Positions 19,220-30,060 of a stretch of 64,000 bases of DNA are shown here, piece after piece (position 1 is the stretch's first letter; each line of letters starts with the position of its first letter). Below the pieces are notes generated by a model. The model had not been told where the DNA came from and did no database searches. It saw nothing but the letters and a program-made list of their open reading frames with translations. Both the position numbers and the translations under genes were made by a program. Origin of the DNA: an uncultured candidate division Zixibacteria bacterium (GTDB taxonomy: Bacteria > Zixibacteria > MSB-5A5 > GN15 > PGXB01); NCBI GenBank assembly GCA_963702205.1, contig OY969724.1:2976001-3040000 (forward strand), given 5' to 3'.

Positions 19220-20878
19220 TTATATACGCTCGAATTTAAGGTCGGTTAATGTCGTTGCGAGTTCGCGGTCGGACTTGACGCAGGCAGTGACAATCTTCCC
19301 CTCCGGCTCACAGCCGACCGAACCGAGGAAGCGATAAAACGATGAAACCAATTCTGAGGAATAATAGACCGGCGATATCCCGACGTCGGCGATATAACGG
19401 ATTGACTGACCTTTCAGCTTATCTGCGACAGTTTCCGGCATCTCGTCCGGATTCGTCACCACCCATCCCATTGCGGCCGGATGGCCACCAATTAAACCGG
19501 TATAGCATTTCCCGCCAGCTTTAAATCTTCGTTCAAGCTCGGTATATTCGTCAGCATCGTCTTCGATCCCGCAGAAAGCGGCAATACCGTTAAGGTCGTC
19601 ATTGCATAGTTCCTTATATTGCGCAGAATCCGAAAATTCGTTGGCCCCGGCTGTTGCAGCATCCCTGACAAAATATTCAAATTCCGTCTCGTCTTTCTGC
19701 GCGGCAAATACAAGGCTGACCGTCCGGCTCGTGACTTCAGAAAAATCATTAGCGGCCGTCACGCCAACACTGTCTTTCAATTTTCTGACTGAGCCGATGC
19801 TATTCAGCTTGCGACCCGCCGGACTGTCTTTAAACCCGGAATATATCGCCGCCAGCGACTTTTTCAGACCGCTCGCGTATATGGTACACTGCATATTGCG
19901 GCCGGAGTGATTGGCGAATCGTTCCTTATGTTCTCCCCCGCCCCGCGAAAAATCGATTACATCGAAACCTTCTTTGATGGCGTCATCGACAAGCATGTGC
20001 AGAAGCAATATTCCGGGTGATTTCTTGCGGTAGTTCATCAAGCTGGCTATCTGATACAAGTAAACGGTCTTTCCATATATGAAGGAGTACAAATATGCCA
20101 ACGGCTGCCGGCCGTGCATCAGGACATAAAGTCTGACCAAACCCTCACCCGTCAGATATTTTGCGGCGAGGTCGTGGAAATGACGCACTTTCGGATTAAT
20201 GAATTTACACCCGTCACCGCCCCGCTTGAACCACCAGACAATGTGGCTGTGATAAAACTCCGGAAGTTTCTCCCGTATCTCTCCGGGCGCATCGAAACAA
20301 GCCAGCGAAAGGCCGTCCGTCTTATTGAAAAAATTCATGAACTTGCGGATCGTTCCGCCCCGGCGCATTTCGAAATTTTCGCGACCGGCACTATCACCTT
20401 CGTAGCGGAAAGACATGACGTTTTCGATAGGATAGATTCGATGTTTCAAGCCCGCTTTTTCAAGCTCCATTGCGAGTGCTTTCATAGTCGGCGATTTTTC
20501 GGGAATCTGAGACAGGTCCACCTGTTTCCACATATTCGGATTTTTCATGAGATAGTCGACGACGGCTTTGATACATATTTCGGGCCGGGTCGTAATGAAG
20601 TCGCTGTAATCGGCATTGGGGGTCCCGATAAATTCCACGGTATCGTCGGTAATCATCAGGGGCGCGATGCCGATCGTGCCGTCACCGGATGTAATTTTGA
20701 GAATCAGCAGTCGGTGGTCATCGCCGTAGGCCTGCCACCAGGTGTAATTCCAACCGTACGTTTGAAACACCGTCGCCTCAGGCATTTTTTCGGTGAGACT
20801 ATTCCAAATATCTTTGAGACCGGCGAATCCTTCGACGTCTTCTGCAACCGTGACCTTTATTTCCGTAAGTTCGTTCAT
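19220..20878 (-). CDS. GNAT-family acyltransferase (CelD/BcsL-like, Acetyltransf_6)
   Basis: WNSL...ATVFQTYGWNYTWW, IGIAPL, ADYSDFI and SPGILLL...DFSRGGGEHKERF. Confidence 0.8.
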   Translation of the reverse strand: MNELTEIKVTVAEDVEGFAGLKDIWNSLTEKMPEATVFQTYGWNYTWWQAYGDDHRLLILKITSGDGTIGIAPLMITDDTVEFIGTPNADYSDFITTRPEICIKAVVDYLMKNPNMWKQVDLSQIPEKSPTMKALAMELEKAGLKHRIYPIENVMSFRYEGDSAGRENFEMRRGGTIRKFMNFFNKTDGLSLACFDAPGEIREKLPEFYHSHIVWWFKRGGDGCKFINPKVRHFHDLAAKYLTGEGLVRLYVLMHGRQPLAYLYSFIYGKTVYLYQIASLMNYRKKSPGILLLHMLVDDAIKEGFDVIDFSRGGGEHKERFANHSGRNMQCTIYASGLKKSLAAIYSGFKDSPAGRKLNSIGSVRKLKDSVGVTAANDFSEVTSRTVSLVFAAQKDETEFEYFVRDAATAGANEFSDSAQYKELCNDDLNGIAAFCGIEDDADEYTELERRFKAGGKCYTGLIGGHPAAMGWVVTNPDEMPETVADKLKGQSIRYIADVGISPVYYSSELVSSFYRFLGSVGCEPEGKIVTACVKSDRELATTLTDLKFERI

Positions 20879-20893
20879 ATCGCTACAATAAAA

Positions 20894-21908
20894 TCATCTC
20901 TCGATCAATGATCGGATAAAATAATAAAACCCGGACAACCGTGCCGCGAATTCAACGCGTCCCATATCGGCACCGATCGGGATTCTTTTGATACGGTATA
21001 AATCATTGCCGGGATTGAAAAATCCGTCCTCGGTCGTGAAAGCCGCCTTGATTCCGTTTTCTTTCAAAAGCTCGACCGAGTCTTCATTAAAATCCTGACT
21101 GCGGCCATTAGGGTATGCGAACATATCTATATATTTAATGCCTCCGTCATCGAGCTTCCTTTTGCATCCCGAAATTTCAACCGCCTGCTCGTCGCGGGTC
21201 TGTGTCGATAATATGGGATGCGTATCGGTATGAAGCCCAATTTCGAATTCAGCGCTTTCGGAGAGAGCCCCGATCTGTTCCATCGTCATCAGCCGAAAAT
21301 CGGGATTAATCGGTAATTCTGATCCGCCGCATTTCTCTTCAAGATACTTCAGCACTCGAATTCGCGTGCTGTGCCGGCAAGCCTTCAATCGCGCCGTCAA
21401 TTCACGAGCGTAACGAGTTCTCGAAGACTTATCAGCGCTTTTTATATCGGTACTGAGGCAGATCGAATTCAGTCAGGTCTATTGTTTCGCAGGTGGGATT
21501 TGAGAAAATTTCGTGCACCCGATCCGGCCAGATACATTTTCCCTTTTGAGAAAGCTCCGGTAAAACAAAGCATACCGCCATTAAATTCAACTCTTTTAAA
21601 ATTGGAAATGCGTTTTCAAAAACGTTCTGCAAGCCGTCATCGAAGTTGATCACGACTGCATTACCGGGATGTGTCCGTTCTCCCAAACTCGATGCCGCCA
21701 TCGAATTGAAATGCTTTTTTATGTGTTTCATCTGCCAGACAAAAGAATCAATATCGAGTTGTGTCCACCGGGTCGGTTCAAACTTGTTTCTGGTGACACC
21801 ATGATACAAGAGGACCCGCACCCGGTTCTTGTGGATGGCCCTGAATATCGCATTGAATCCCAGAAACCGGGCACAGACCAGCAAGACATTTTTCAAAATC
21901 CGATTCAT
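20894..21908 (-). CDS. Polysaccharide deacetylase (NodB-like), with one extra base near 21439-21450
   Basis: VLLYHGV and INFDDG in the 5' ORF; EIGLHTDTHPIL and FAYPNG in the 3' ORF; removing one base fuses them. Confidence 0.85.
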
Positions 21909-21914
21909 TGGAGA

Positions 21915-22523
21915 TTAACTGCCCGCCTGGCTTTGCGCCAGCCGGGGACGTTCTTTAATAACTTTCGCAGGATTGCCCACCGCCACGACATAATCGGGAA
22001 TGTCCTTAACCACGACGCTTCCGGCCCCGATTATGGTAAATTCACCAACGTTGGCCATAATTATACTGCCTTCACCGACAAACGAGCTGCGACCGATAAT
22101 GATTCGGTCAAAGGTGTCTTCACCTTCGAGAATGTCTTCTTTAACTTCCCCGAAACCGTGCTGGCGACGACCCGATAAAATCGAGATGTGGCTGCCGATA
22201 GCACAATTGTCGCCTAAATTGACCAGCCCAATCGTGGTATGCCCGGCGATCACTACTTTCTGGCCGATTATGGCATCCATTTTCGTGAAATGCGACCCGA
22301 ACATTATTTCCAGATCGGCGGGACAGTTCTTCATCGTTTGATTATAATAACAACCCCGGACATACTGACCGATAAACGCCGGCACCAGGCTGAACCCCTC
22401 GGCGAAGAAATGAAACATCAAAGGTGTATTGAAAACCTTTTTGCATATAATCGTCAGCAATCCGGCCGGCAAAACCAAAAGGTAGAAACAGATAAATATC
22501 AGTTTTTTTATGATTTTTCTCAT
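21915..22523 (-). CDS. Hexapeptide-repeat acyltransferase
   Basis: IIGAGSVVVKDIPDYVVAVGNPAKVIK motif. Confidence 0.88.
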   Translation of the reverse strand: MRKIIKKLIFICFYLLVLPAGLLTIICKKVFNTPLMFHFFAEGFSLVPAFIGQYVRGCYYNQTMKNCPADLEIMFGSHFTKMDAIIGQKVVIAGHTTIGLVNLGDNCAIGSHISILSGRRQHGFGEVKEDILEGEDTFDRIIIGRSSFVGEGSIIMANVGEFTIIGAGSVVVKDIPDYVVAVGNPAKVIKERPRLAQSQAGS

Positions 22524-22541
22524 ATATTCTCCGGGCTTTAT

Positions 22542-23666
22542 TTACGGTTCTGCCAATATTCGTTCATAAAATGTTTCGGTCGCTTCAACCATTTTCTCGA
22601 CCGAGAAATTCTCCTGCGCCAGTTCCGCCGCGCGGCGACCGAATTTCCTGGCCAGTTCGCGGTCGTCAAGTAACTGATTCATTCTTTCAGATAACCCGTC
22701 CACGTCACCGTCGGGCAGAATATACCCGGTTTCTCCGTCGCAGACCACTTCTCTATTACCGCCCACGTCGAACGCCAGGGTCGGCAAGCCCGACATGGCG
22801 TATTCTATCAGCACGTTGGACAAGCCCTCCGACTCCGACGTCAGCACACCGATATCGAACAGCTTTAAAATATAATAGGTGCCTTTGTCGGCGTGATGAA
22901 AATGCACGCGGCCTTCCAGTCCCAATTCCGCAGCTTTCCGTTCCAGCTCGTCACGGAGCGGCCCGGTGCCCACAATCAGGAAATGGACATTTCTATTGTT
23001 AACACGTGAGGCCGCCTCCAGAAAACGATCATATCTTTTGACCGGGCGAAGATTGCCCACCATGCCAACCACCGGCGCAGAATCCGGTATTCCGAAATCC
23101 GCCTTAGTGCCTTCCGCATCTCCGGGACGAGGCTTGAAATCGACCCCGTTGTGGATCACTTTTATTTTATCGATCGGGTAATTTTCCCCCTGGCTGACGA
23201 CCTCTTTTATAGCCGCGGCGTTCACCAGCCGGTATTTTGCCAATCGTCCGAACGTCCTCAGCAGGAATTTTTTGTACCGCGACTTGAACCAGCCGGACTC
23301 TCTTCGGCAGGCAATGATTTTTTCCATCCCGGCATACCACCCTGCCGACACTCCGATGACCCGGCTGTCGACAAAATATACCTGCAACAGCCTGGCATCC
23401 TTGTCACGAAGGAAGCGCGCCATTTCGAGCATTTTTTTGACAGCTTTAAACGATAACAACCGGGTGATATTCATATAGATGACGTCGCAGTTTATTTCTA
23501 TCGGGTTCACTTTAGGCCTGAGATTGAAAACGTATGGTGTGAAGCGCTCACGGTCCAGATGGTCGATGAGCGTCGCCAATTGGTTTTCGGTCCCCCCGCC
23601 GCGCCAGAAATTATCCAGTATATAGACAATCGTGACCTTTTCGCTATGTGCATCACCCGGTGTCAT
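22542..23666 (-). CDS. Glycosyltransferase family 4
   Basis: GGTENQL, VGNLRPVKRY and SESEGLSNVLIEY motifs. Confidence 0.9.
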   Translation of the reverse strand: MTPGDAHSEKVTIVYILDNFWRGGGTENQLATLIDHLDRERFTPYVFNLRPKVNPIEINCDVIYMNITRLLSFKAVKKMLEMARFLRDKDARLLQVYFVDSRVIGVSAGWYAGMEKIIACRRESGWFKSRYKKFLLRTFGRLAKYRLVNAAAIKEVVSQGENYPIDKIKVIHNGVDFKPRPGDAEGTKADFGIPDSAPVVGMVGNLRPVKRYDRFLEAASRVNNRNVHFLIVGTGPLRDELERKAAELGLEGRVHFHHADKGTYYILKLFDIGVLTSESEGLSNVLIEYAMSGLPTLAFDVGGNREVVCDGETGYILPDGDVDGLSERMNQLLDDRELARKFGRRAAELAQENFSVEKMVEATETFYERILAEP

Positions 23667-24775
23667 TACTTTTCAATTCTCTTAATTCGATCAATCTGCG
23701 TTCGGTATATTTCTCTCAGGATTTCCGCCTGCCGCTCAAATGTATATTGATTCTTGACCAGGTTATAACCCTCTTGGCCGTATTTGACGGCATCATCGGG
23801 CTTTTGAACTACCCGCTGCATAATTTCAGACAGCGCCGCCGGATCTTCCGACTTGCAGATTAGCCCGCCGATACTATCGACGATCATCTCCGGGACGCCG
23901 CCCACCGCTGTCGACACCACACCCAGCTTCTGCGACCATGCCTCAAGGATTATATTGGGCATGCCCTCGGAGCGCGACGGCAAAACGAGAACGTCGGCAT
24001 TCCTTAATACCGGCAATACATCATCGACAAATCCTTTGAATTCCACAACCCCACTAAGGCCCAGTTCTTCCACCTCAGCCTTCAGACGCGCCTCATCAGG
24101 GCCGTGGCCGTAGATATCTACTTTAAAATTATCGACGCTTTTTTTCAACTGTGAGCAGGCCCGAAGGAGAATATCATAACCCTTTTCATGGCTGAGCCGT
24201 CCGGCCGCCACGAATAAAAATGGCTTCGTGTGATCGATAGTCCGAACAAAAGTATCTTCAACCAATTTCGATGACTCGACCGCATTAAAGACGACCTTAA
24301 TTTTATTTTTGCCCACCCTCATATCTTCAAGTATCGCTTTTGATTTGTTCGATACGGTCAACACACACAGCATCTTACGGAGCGTCGCTTTGTCTACAAA
24401 ATTATACACCCGGACTTTTTTATCCTCGCGGGTAATGCCCCTGAAATGTGCGATGTGAGCGATTTTGCATCGGGCCGCAGCTTTGCGCCCAAAGAAATTC
24501 CCCTTGTAATCATGCGACACGATCAGGTCTGTTTTATATATTTCAATCAATGTTCTTAGTTTCCCGACTACTCGGAAATCACCGGCAAAACTTTCAGATA
24601 TGGCCTCCGTCCTGAGGCCGTACTCCCTCGCTTTTACCAGAAACGGATTATCCTGCCCCCCCCTGACAAACGAGGCGCAGACAAAATCGACGTCGGTCAT
24701 GGTCCGGCACTGGCCCAGGATGGCCCGCTCCGGGCCGCCGAAAAACTCCGAACTTCTGAGGTGCATCACATTCAT
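23666..24775 (-). CDS. Glycosyltransferase family 4
   Basis: GGPER, GRLSHEKG and PSRSEGMPNIILEA motifs. Confidence 0.9.
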   Translation of the reverse strand: MNVMHLRSSEFFGGPERAILGQCRTMTDVDFVCASFVRGGQDNPFLVKAREYGLRTEAISESFAGDFRVVGKLRTLIEIYKTDLIVSHDYKGNFFGRKAAARCKIAHIAHFRGITREDKKVRVYNFVDKATLRKMLCVLTVSNKSKAILEDMRVGKNKIKVVFNAVESSKLVEDTFVRTIDHTKPFLFVAAGRLSHEKGYDILLRACSQLKKSVDNFKVDIYGHGPDEARLKAEVEELGLSGVVEFKGFVDDVLPVLRNADVLVLPSRSEGMPNIILEAWSQKLGVVSTAVGGVPEMIVDSIGGLICKSEDPAALSEIMQRVVQKPDDAVKYGQEGYNLVKNQYTFERQAEILREIYRTQIDRIKRIEK

Positions 24776-25971
24776 CGCGACCGTGCCACTTCTATCAGGA
24801 AATTTTCGAGCTTCGCCGCCAGACTATCCCAGCCATATTTTGCTTCCACCAGCTCCCGACCCTTTTTGGCCAGCTTTTCCTGGAGGGCTTTGTCGTCCAT
24901 CAACCTGACCACCTGATCGGCGAAGCTTTGGGCCGTCTTCGCCAGGAGGATATTCTCTCTATCGGTGACATCCAGCCCCTCCGCCCCGACAACTGTCGAC
25001 ACGATGGGCTTGTGCATCGCCATGGCATCGAGGATTTTCAGCCTCGTTCCTCCGCCAATCCGGAGCGGGACAACATACACGGCCGAGCTGTGGACGTATG
25101 GCCGGATATCCTTGACCGATCCGGTGACTTCGATGCCGTCGATATCGTTATAGGCATGGATGAACTCCGGCGGCTTACGCCCGACAAACACCGCGTGAGC
25201 CTCGGGCTTTTTCTGCCGGATCAACGGGAATATTTCTTTGACGAAAAATGTCACCGCATCCTGATTGGGTCGCCAATCCATGCTTCCGACAAACACCAGT
25301 GAGTTTTCGTCCACCTTTTGCGCTTCATGGTTGAAATAATCCAGATCAACGCCGTTGTCGACCACGTCCACCCTCGCTTCGGGGCAGATGTTTTTTATTT
25401 CGCAGGCATCGCTTTGCGATACGGCCATTATCCCCTCGAACGAAGCAAAGACCTCTTTTTCGAATCTTTCCAGCTTTTCAACCTGCCTTGCTATGTACCA
25501 TTTCTTGGCCGGATTATTCTCGGTTTCGTAATATCTTCGCCAGATGCGCGATTCCACATTATGAGCCGAGACCACTCGCGGAATGCCTTTTATGTCTTCT
25601 GCGAATTTTGCGTACGGCGTCCATTCGCACAGGATCAAATCGGGTTTAAACGCATCCACTTGCCGCACGAATTCACTTTTAAAAAGGTCCGAGTAATGGC
25701 TGGTGACGATGTAAGGCAGGCCCGATAAAAGATTGGCCGCCAGTCTCAAATAAAACAAAGGGCCGAATTTATCCGGCTTTACATCGGCGACGGCAATCGC
25801 GTTCAAGTCGACCATCTTAAGGGCTTTGGACGCCAGGGAGTCAGCGTCACCGTACGCCAGATAAGAAACTTCATGATTTTTTCCCAGGCGGCTGAAGAGA
25901 CTGAACGATCGGATTCTTTTGCCGGTATTGGGAGGAAACGGAAATTCCTCGTCGAGGACCAAAATTCTCAA
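24772..25971 (-). CDS. Glycosyltransferase family 4 (EPS-associated type)
   Basis: FPFPPNTGKRIR, FVGSMDWRPNQDA and PLRIGGGTRLKILDAMA; TTG start. Confidence 0.9.
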   Translation of the reverse strand: MRILVLDEEFPFPPNTGKRIRSFSLFSRLGKNHEVSYLAYGDADSLASKALKMVDLNAIAVADVKPDKFGPLFYLRLAANLLSGLPYIVTSHYSDLFKSEFVRQVDAFKPDLILCEWTPYAKFAEDIKGIPRVVSAHNVESRIWRRYYETENNPAKKWYIARQVEKLERFEKEVFASFEGIMAVSQSDACEIKNICPEARVDVVDNGVDLDYFNHEAQKVDENSLVFVGSMDWRPNQDAVTFFVKEIFPLIRQKKPEAHAVFVGRKPPEFIHAYNDIDGIEVTGSVKDIRPYVHSSAVYVVPLRIGGGTRLKILDAMAMHKPIVSTVVGAEGLDVTDRENILLAKTAQSFADQVVRLMDDKALQEKLAKKGRELVEAKYGWDSLAAKLENFLIEVARSR

Positions 25972-26123
25972 ACGTCGGCCCTGGCCTTTCTTTTTAGCCG
26001 GGCAATCTCAGCAGGATCGACTTTGCACACGGTAAAACGATATTTGCCCGATTTTTCCCGCTCTATTTCTTCCATTCCTGCAAATTTAATGATTTCCGGG
26101 CCATATACCAGTTTTTTGATCTT
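25968..26123 (-). pseudogene. C-terminal remnant of a phenylacetate-CoA ligase/CapK-like gene
   Basis: Open segment YGPEIIKFAGMEEIEREKSGKYRFTVCKV resembles the end of 30749-32092 (FGPDMKYDVVFVDQIPLTARGKFQFSVCKI); its TGA overlaps the TTG start of the next GT. Confidence 0.65.
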
Positions 26124-26441
26124 TTATCATAAAATCGGCCACCGATTTTGTGTGTGTCCGGATATAATTAATAACGACGAGGTCTTTTCGGCCTGTCCAG
26201 GCTAGCCACCAATAAACACCACGGATGAACGCAAAAGGTATTCGCCTCCGATATTCCTTTGGACGACTTAAAACCTTTGGGATTCTCACAATCCTTTCGC
26301 CCGGCAGCGCAAATGCAATCTCAGTCTGGTATAGAATGACTCATAAGATCAGTTGGATAATTAAGCGCTCTCGTTGATTAAAATGGCCTGATAATAATCC
26401 CATAAGCATTTGGAGCTTCCGCCAATCCGATAAGCGTTTTG

Positions 26442-29400
26442 TTATCTTTTGATGACTAACTTCCCGCTCAAATCGCTATCTTCTGCGTACCATAAATACA
26501 CGCCTGACGCCACCGGATTGCCGGAGGAATTGGTGCCGTCCCAATAGATATCGCCGGCAGAAAAATTTAAGCTCGTCACTAACGCCCCGGTTAGAGTCGT
26601 TATATAAAGCGTCTTTCCGGCTGGAATCCCCGTGAACGTGATATGATCGTACTTGGAAACAATAAATGGATTCGGGTAGGCGTGGGCTTTGGGTTGCACT
26701 TCGAAATCGAAAACCGTACCAAAATTCGTATCATTAACCCGCGCTCTCCAGTAATATTTCCGACCGCTTTCAAGCGGTGCGTTGACCTGACAGGAAGTCA
26801 TACCGCCCGATTCCTGGGGGACATTATAAATCGCCTCCGCTAACGATACGAAAAAAGAATCCAGGGCGATCTCGAAATGATATACATTTAGAGGATCGGA
26901 ATCTACATTGACTACCTGCAGAGTCGGCCGGGTCGAACTAACCGTTGAATTATCCGGCGGCGACAGCATCAAATCATCGGTAATGGCCGAGTCATCATCT
27001 CCCCCAGTGCCCAAATCGAAATAAGCTTCGGCCGAAACAGTATTCGAAACCAATGATTGATTGTCGGCGTCATCGGAAGTTCTTATCGCAAAAAAGTAGG
27101 TTCGGGCCGGAGTCAGACCAGTAACAACGAAACTCTGGGCCGTACCCCCCGGACTGGGTGCAGGTGGGTTTGGAACGACCGTCGCCTCAGCGAAATTGGC
27201 CGATGTAATAGAATTCGCGGAATATCTAATGCTATAACTCGCAGCCGTGCCTGAAGCTCCATCATCGCCGGGAGCGGTCCAATTCAAAACCACCTCGCCG
27301 TCATTGGTTCCCGTCGCGGCGTTCAGATCATTGATCATTTCTGGCGGAGTTTCATCGACGATAGATGATCCTCCGCTGACCGCTGAATCAATATTCGAAA
27401 TCGGAGATAAATTGCTTAAGTCATCCCATGACTTAATGGCGAAAAAATAGATTACAGCCGGAGCCAGGCCGTTAACGGTAAAATCATGCGGCAATCCGGA
27501 GGGAAGGGGCGTCGGCGGATTGGATATATGTGATGCTAAATTGAAATTATACGGCGTAATTGGCTGTGTGGAATACCGTATATCATAACCTGAAGCGGTC
27601 CCAATGGTCCCGTCATCACCGGGCGCCGTCCAAATTAGCCGCACGGAACCGTCACTCGAACCCGTTATGGCGCTTAAGTCATATATGCCCGCCGGAGGGG
27701 TTATATCGGAAGTGTGATCTCCGCCGGATCCCCATGTACCCGTCCCAACCGTGTTATCCAAAGTCAGCGTATCAGTCCCACCGACGGAGCCCGGACCAAC
27801 GGTCATGGAACCATCCAAAGCGGAGTCAGAGCCTAATACCGCTTTCACTTGAAAATCATTGAAACCTGTAGAATCTCCGCTGCCCGCTTTTTCATAAAGG
27901 TAGCTTACGACTCCGTAAACTCCGCCACCCGAATCGGAAATCCCGGATATAACCAGATTGCCATAATCATTCCACAAACTGCACGCAACATTGACAACTG
28001 GTAAATCATTGTTGCCACGCACATAAATATAAAGCATTCGTTGCAACGTAACATCGGCATTGGACACACCACTTCTAAAATCAATCATTTTGTACAAAGT
28101 ATCAGGCACATAATAGGCATCCCTTATGCGGTTTCCCGTAAGGTCATTGCCAATATCTCCGGGCCAGAACTTAACGCCGTACTGGGTGACGGGGCCGGAA
28201 GCCGTATCTATTGCTATGAGCGTATCACCATAACAAGTAAAATCGCTTCCACCGGGGTCATACCCTCCATAGCGATAAAAGGCGTCGTTTGATTCCATAT
28301 GGTTGTTTCTGATCATATATTGATCGAGCGAATCGCTTTGAATAAACTGGATACCGGTAGCGAGAATCGGAACTGACCCAAGATGATATACGGTATCGAG
28401 AACTATGGAACGAATAAAATTATTTTGAATAACAATGGCACTGTCGGGTCGATCAACGTGGGCAATAATATAGAATCCGGCCACGCCCGGCCCGTATGCT
28501 TTGAAATTGGTCGTGTCCGTATGAGAATACAAGTAAATTGTATTGTCGTAAATATTGATATGACGATTGGCACTATAATAGTCAGAATTCGTCGTATTAT
28601 ACTCATCGGCCCGGCGTATCTTAAATCCTTTGGATTGCACGTTGAAGCCATAATGAACATCCCATCCACGATGGCTATTAATATAATTATCAAAAAACTC
28701 AATCGGATTCTCCGCCGTTCCCAGACACCCCTCTACTTCAAAACCACCATCGGCTCCATAATAAGTTGTTCCGGCCATGATAACATTTTCATAAAACATA
28801 CTTCCGGCATCGACCAAACGGGCAAGAATACCATAAGCATTGGCGGCCCCGTAGCAAAATTGGTCGGTCGGGTAAGTGTACATAAAATTACGGCAATCAA
28901 CGGTGACACTGCATCCATAAACTTCCACTTTACCGTATGCAACTATCCCCTGACACGGTGCATTTTCCACATTAAGATCATGGACTTTGAAATTATAATC
29001 ATCGCCGGAAATTGGTGCTTTCGCGGCCAAATGTATAACCGCCCCATCGTATGAACAACGACTGGTGTATCCGGTCACATAGCTTATATGCCGTCCCCCC
29101 CGAATTTCAATATTCTTGTTGGTGCTTCGCCAACTGGTAGTCGAACCATTGGTTGCGTTAATCGCCCGGCCCTCCGCCGGAACCGATGTTATACATTTAC
29201 CATTGGTCCCCTTGATGATTGTACTAACACCGTCGATTAAGACGCTTTTGCACCCGGCCAATTCTATACAGGTATTTCCATCAGAATTATCATCACCACC
29301 ATGAATAACCCACCCCCCTCTGATGACAACATTTTGAGCAGCAGATAGGGACCTTGCCACGCGAATTCCGTAATTATTATCGCTGCCATTGGCCCCGAAA

Positions 29401-29654
29401 ACAAGGGTATCGGTATCGAGATTGATCAAAACATTGGTGGCCCCGTCATTGACATAAATCCCGCCGGAATTGCTGGTAATCATGGTTCCCGAAAAAGTGA
29501 TGGTATCACTCGAAGCGGCGATATATGGTAAGTTGGAAGAGGAAAGAACCACCTGCCGGCCAAATGCCTGAGGTGTAACCAAAACCGGCAAGAACAATAG
29601 TATGGTCACAAAAATATTCGAAACTTGACCACTCCGATTAAGTCTTTTCATCAT
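26442..29654 (-). CDS. Large secreted protein: probable beta-helix region, two FN3-like repeats and a C-terminal FlgD-Ig/T9SS-like domain
   Basis: Signal peptide, Asn/Gly/Ile-rich repeats, two WTAPGDDG units and a YPNPF...WDGTNSSGNPVASGVY tail. Confidence 0.8.
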   Translation of the reverse strand: MMKRLNRSGQVSNIFVTILLFLPVLVTPQAFGRQVVLSSSNLPYIAASSDTITFSGTMITSNSGGIYVNDGATNVLINLDTDTLVFGANGSDNNYGIRVARSLSAAQNVVIRGGWVIHGGDDNSDGNTCIELAGCKSVLIDGVSTIIKGTNGKCITSVPAEGRAINATNGSTTSWRSTNKNIEIRGGRHISYVTGYTSRCSYDGAVIHLAAKAPISGDDYNFKVHDLNVENAPCQGIVAYGKVEVYGCSVTVDCRNFMYTYPTDQFCYGAANAYGILARLVDAGSMFYENVIMAGTTYYGADGGFEVEGCLGTAENPIEFFDNYINSHRGWDVHYGFNVQSKGFKIRRADEYNTTNSDYYSANRHINIYDNTIYLYSHTDTTNFKAYGPGVAGFYIIAHVDRPDSAIVIQNNFIRSIVLDTVYHLGSVPILATGIQFIQSDSLDQYMIRNNHMESNDAFYRYGGYDPGGSDFTCYGDTLIAIDTASGPVTQYGVKFWPGDIGNDLTGNRIRDAYYVPDTLYKMIDFRSGVSNADVTLQRMLYIYVRGNNDLPVVNVACSLWNDYGNLVISGISDSGGGVYGVVSYLYEKAGSGDSTGFNDFQVKAVLGSDSALDGSMTVGPGSVGGTDTLTLDNTVGTGTWGSGGDHTSDITPPAGIYDLSAITGSSDGSVRLIWTAPGDDGTIGTASGYDIRYSTQPITPYNFNLASHISNPPTPLPSGLPHDFTVNGLAPAVIYFFAIKSWDDLSNLSPISNIDSAVSGGSSIVDETPPEMINDLNAATGTNDGEVVLNWTAPGDDGASGTAASYSIRYSANSITSANFAEATVVPNPPAPSPGGTAQSFVVTGLTPARTYFFAIRTSDDADNQSLVSNTVSAEAYFDLGTGGDDDSAITDDLMLSPPDNSTVSSTRPTLQVVNVDSDPLNVYHFEIALDSFFVSLAEAIYNVPQESGGMTSCQVNAPLESGRKYYWRARVNDTNFGTVFDFEVQPKAHAYPNPFIVSKYDHITFTGIPAGKTLYITTLTGALVTSLNFSAGDIYWDGTNSSGNPVASGVYLWYAEDSDLSGKLVIKR
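27030..27707 (-). repeat. Tandem FN3-like domain duplication with a 351-nt period
   Basis: DITPPAGIYDL...WTAPGDDG...YDIRYS begins at 27707 and DETPPEMINDL...WTAPGDDG...YSIRYS at 27356. Confidence 0.8.
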
Positions 29655-30060
29655 TCTTCCTTCAAAAATATTTTTATTATTCAAAATAGATTTTATCCCG
29701 GATTATTGCACCCAGGCACATAACACCTATTTATGCCTATTATTGTCTCCGCACATGGTGGTGTCAACATTAAAGTTTTCGGCATCCCATTCAACTAATC
29801 TTAATGACTATTGCATATTATATACCAGCTAACAGTGAATCTCATATTCATTTGAGGCATGCATTCTTAATATCTACGCGGTTGATCGCAGGTATAAAAT
29901 CCATCTTGATTGGTGATCATTTGCTGAGCATGATGCTCAAATTCGGAGCAAATGACAAAGGCAATTTTGCCTGCGAAATAAAGCAATCCGGCATTGCTAT
30001 CGTAAAGCACCACCTATTTACTCTTATTTCGATTCACATTTGAACTTCCCTATGACAAAG

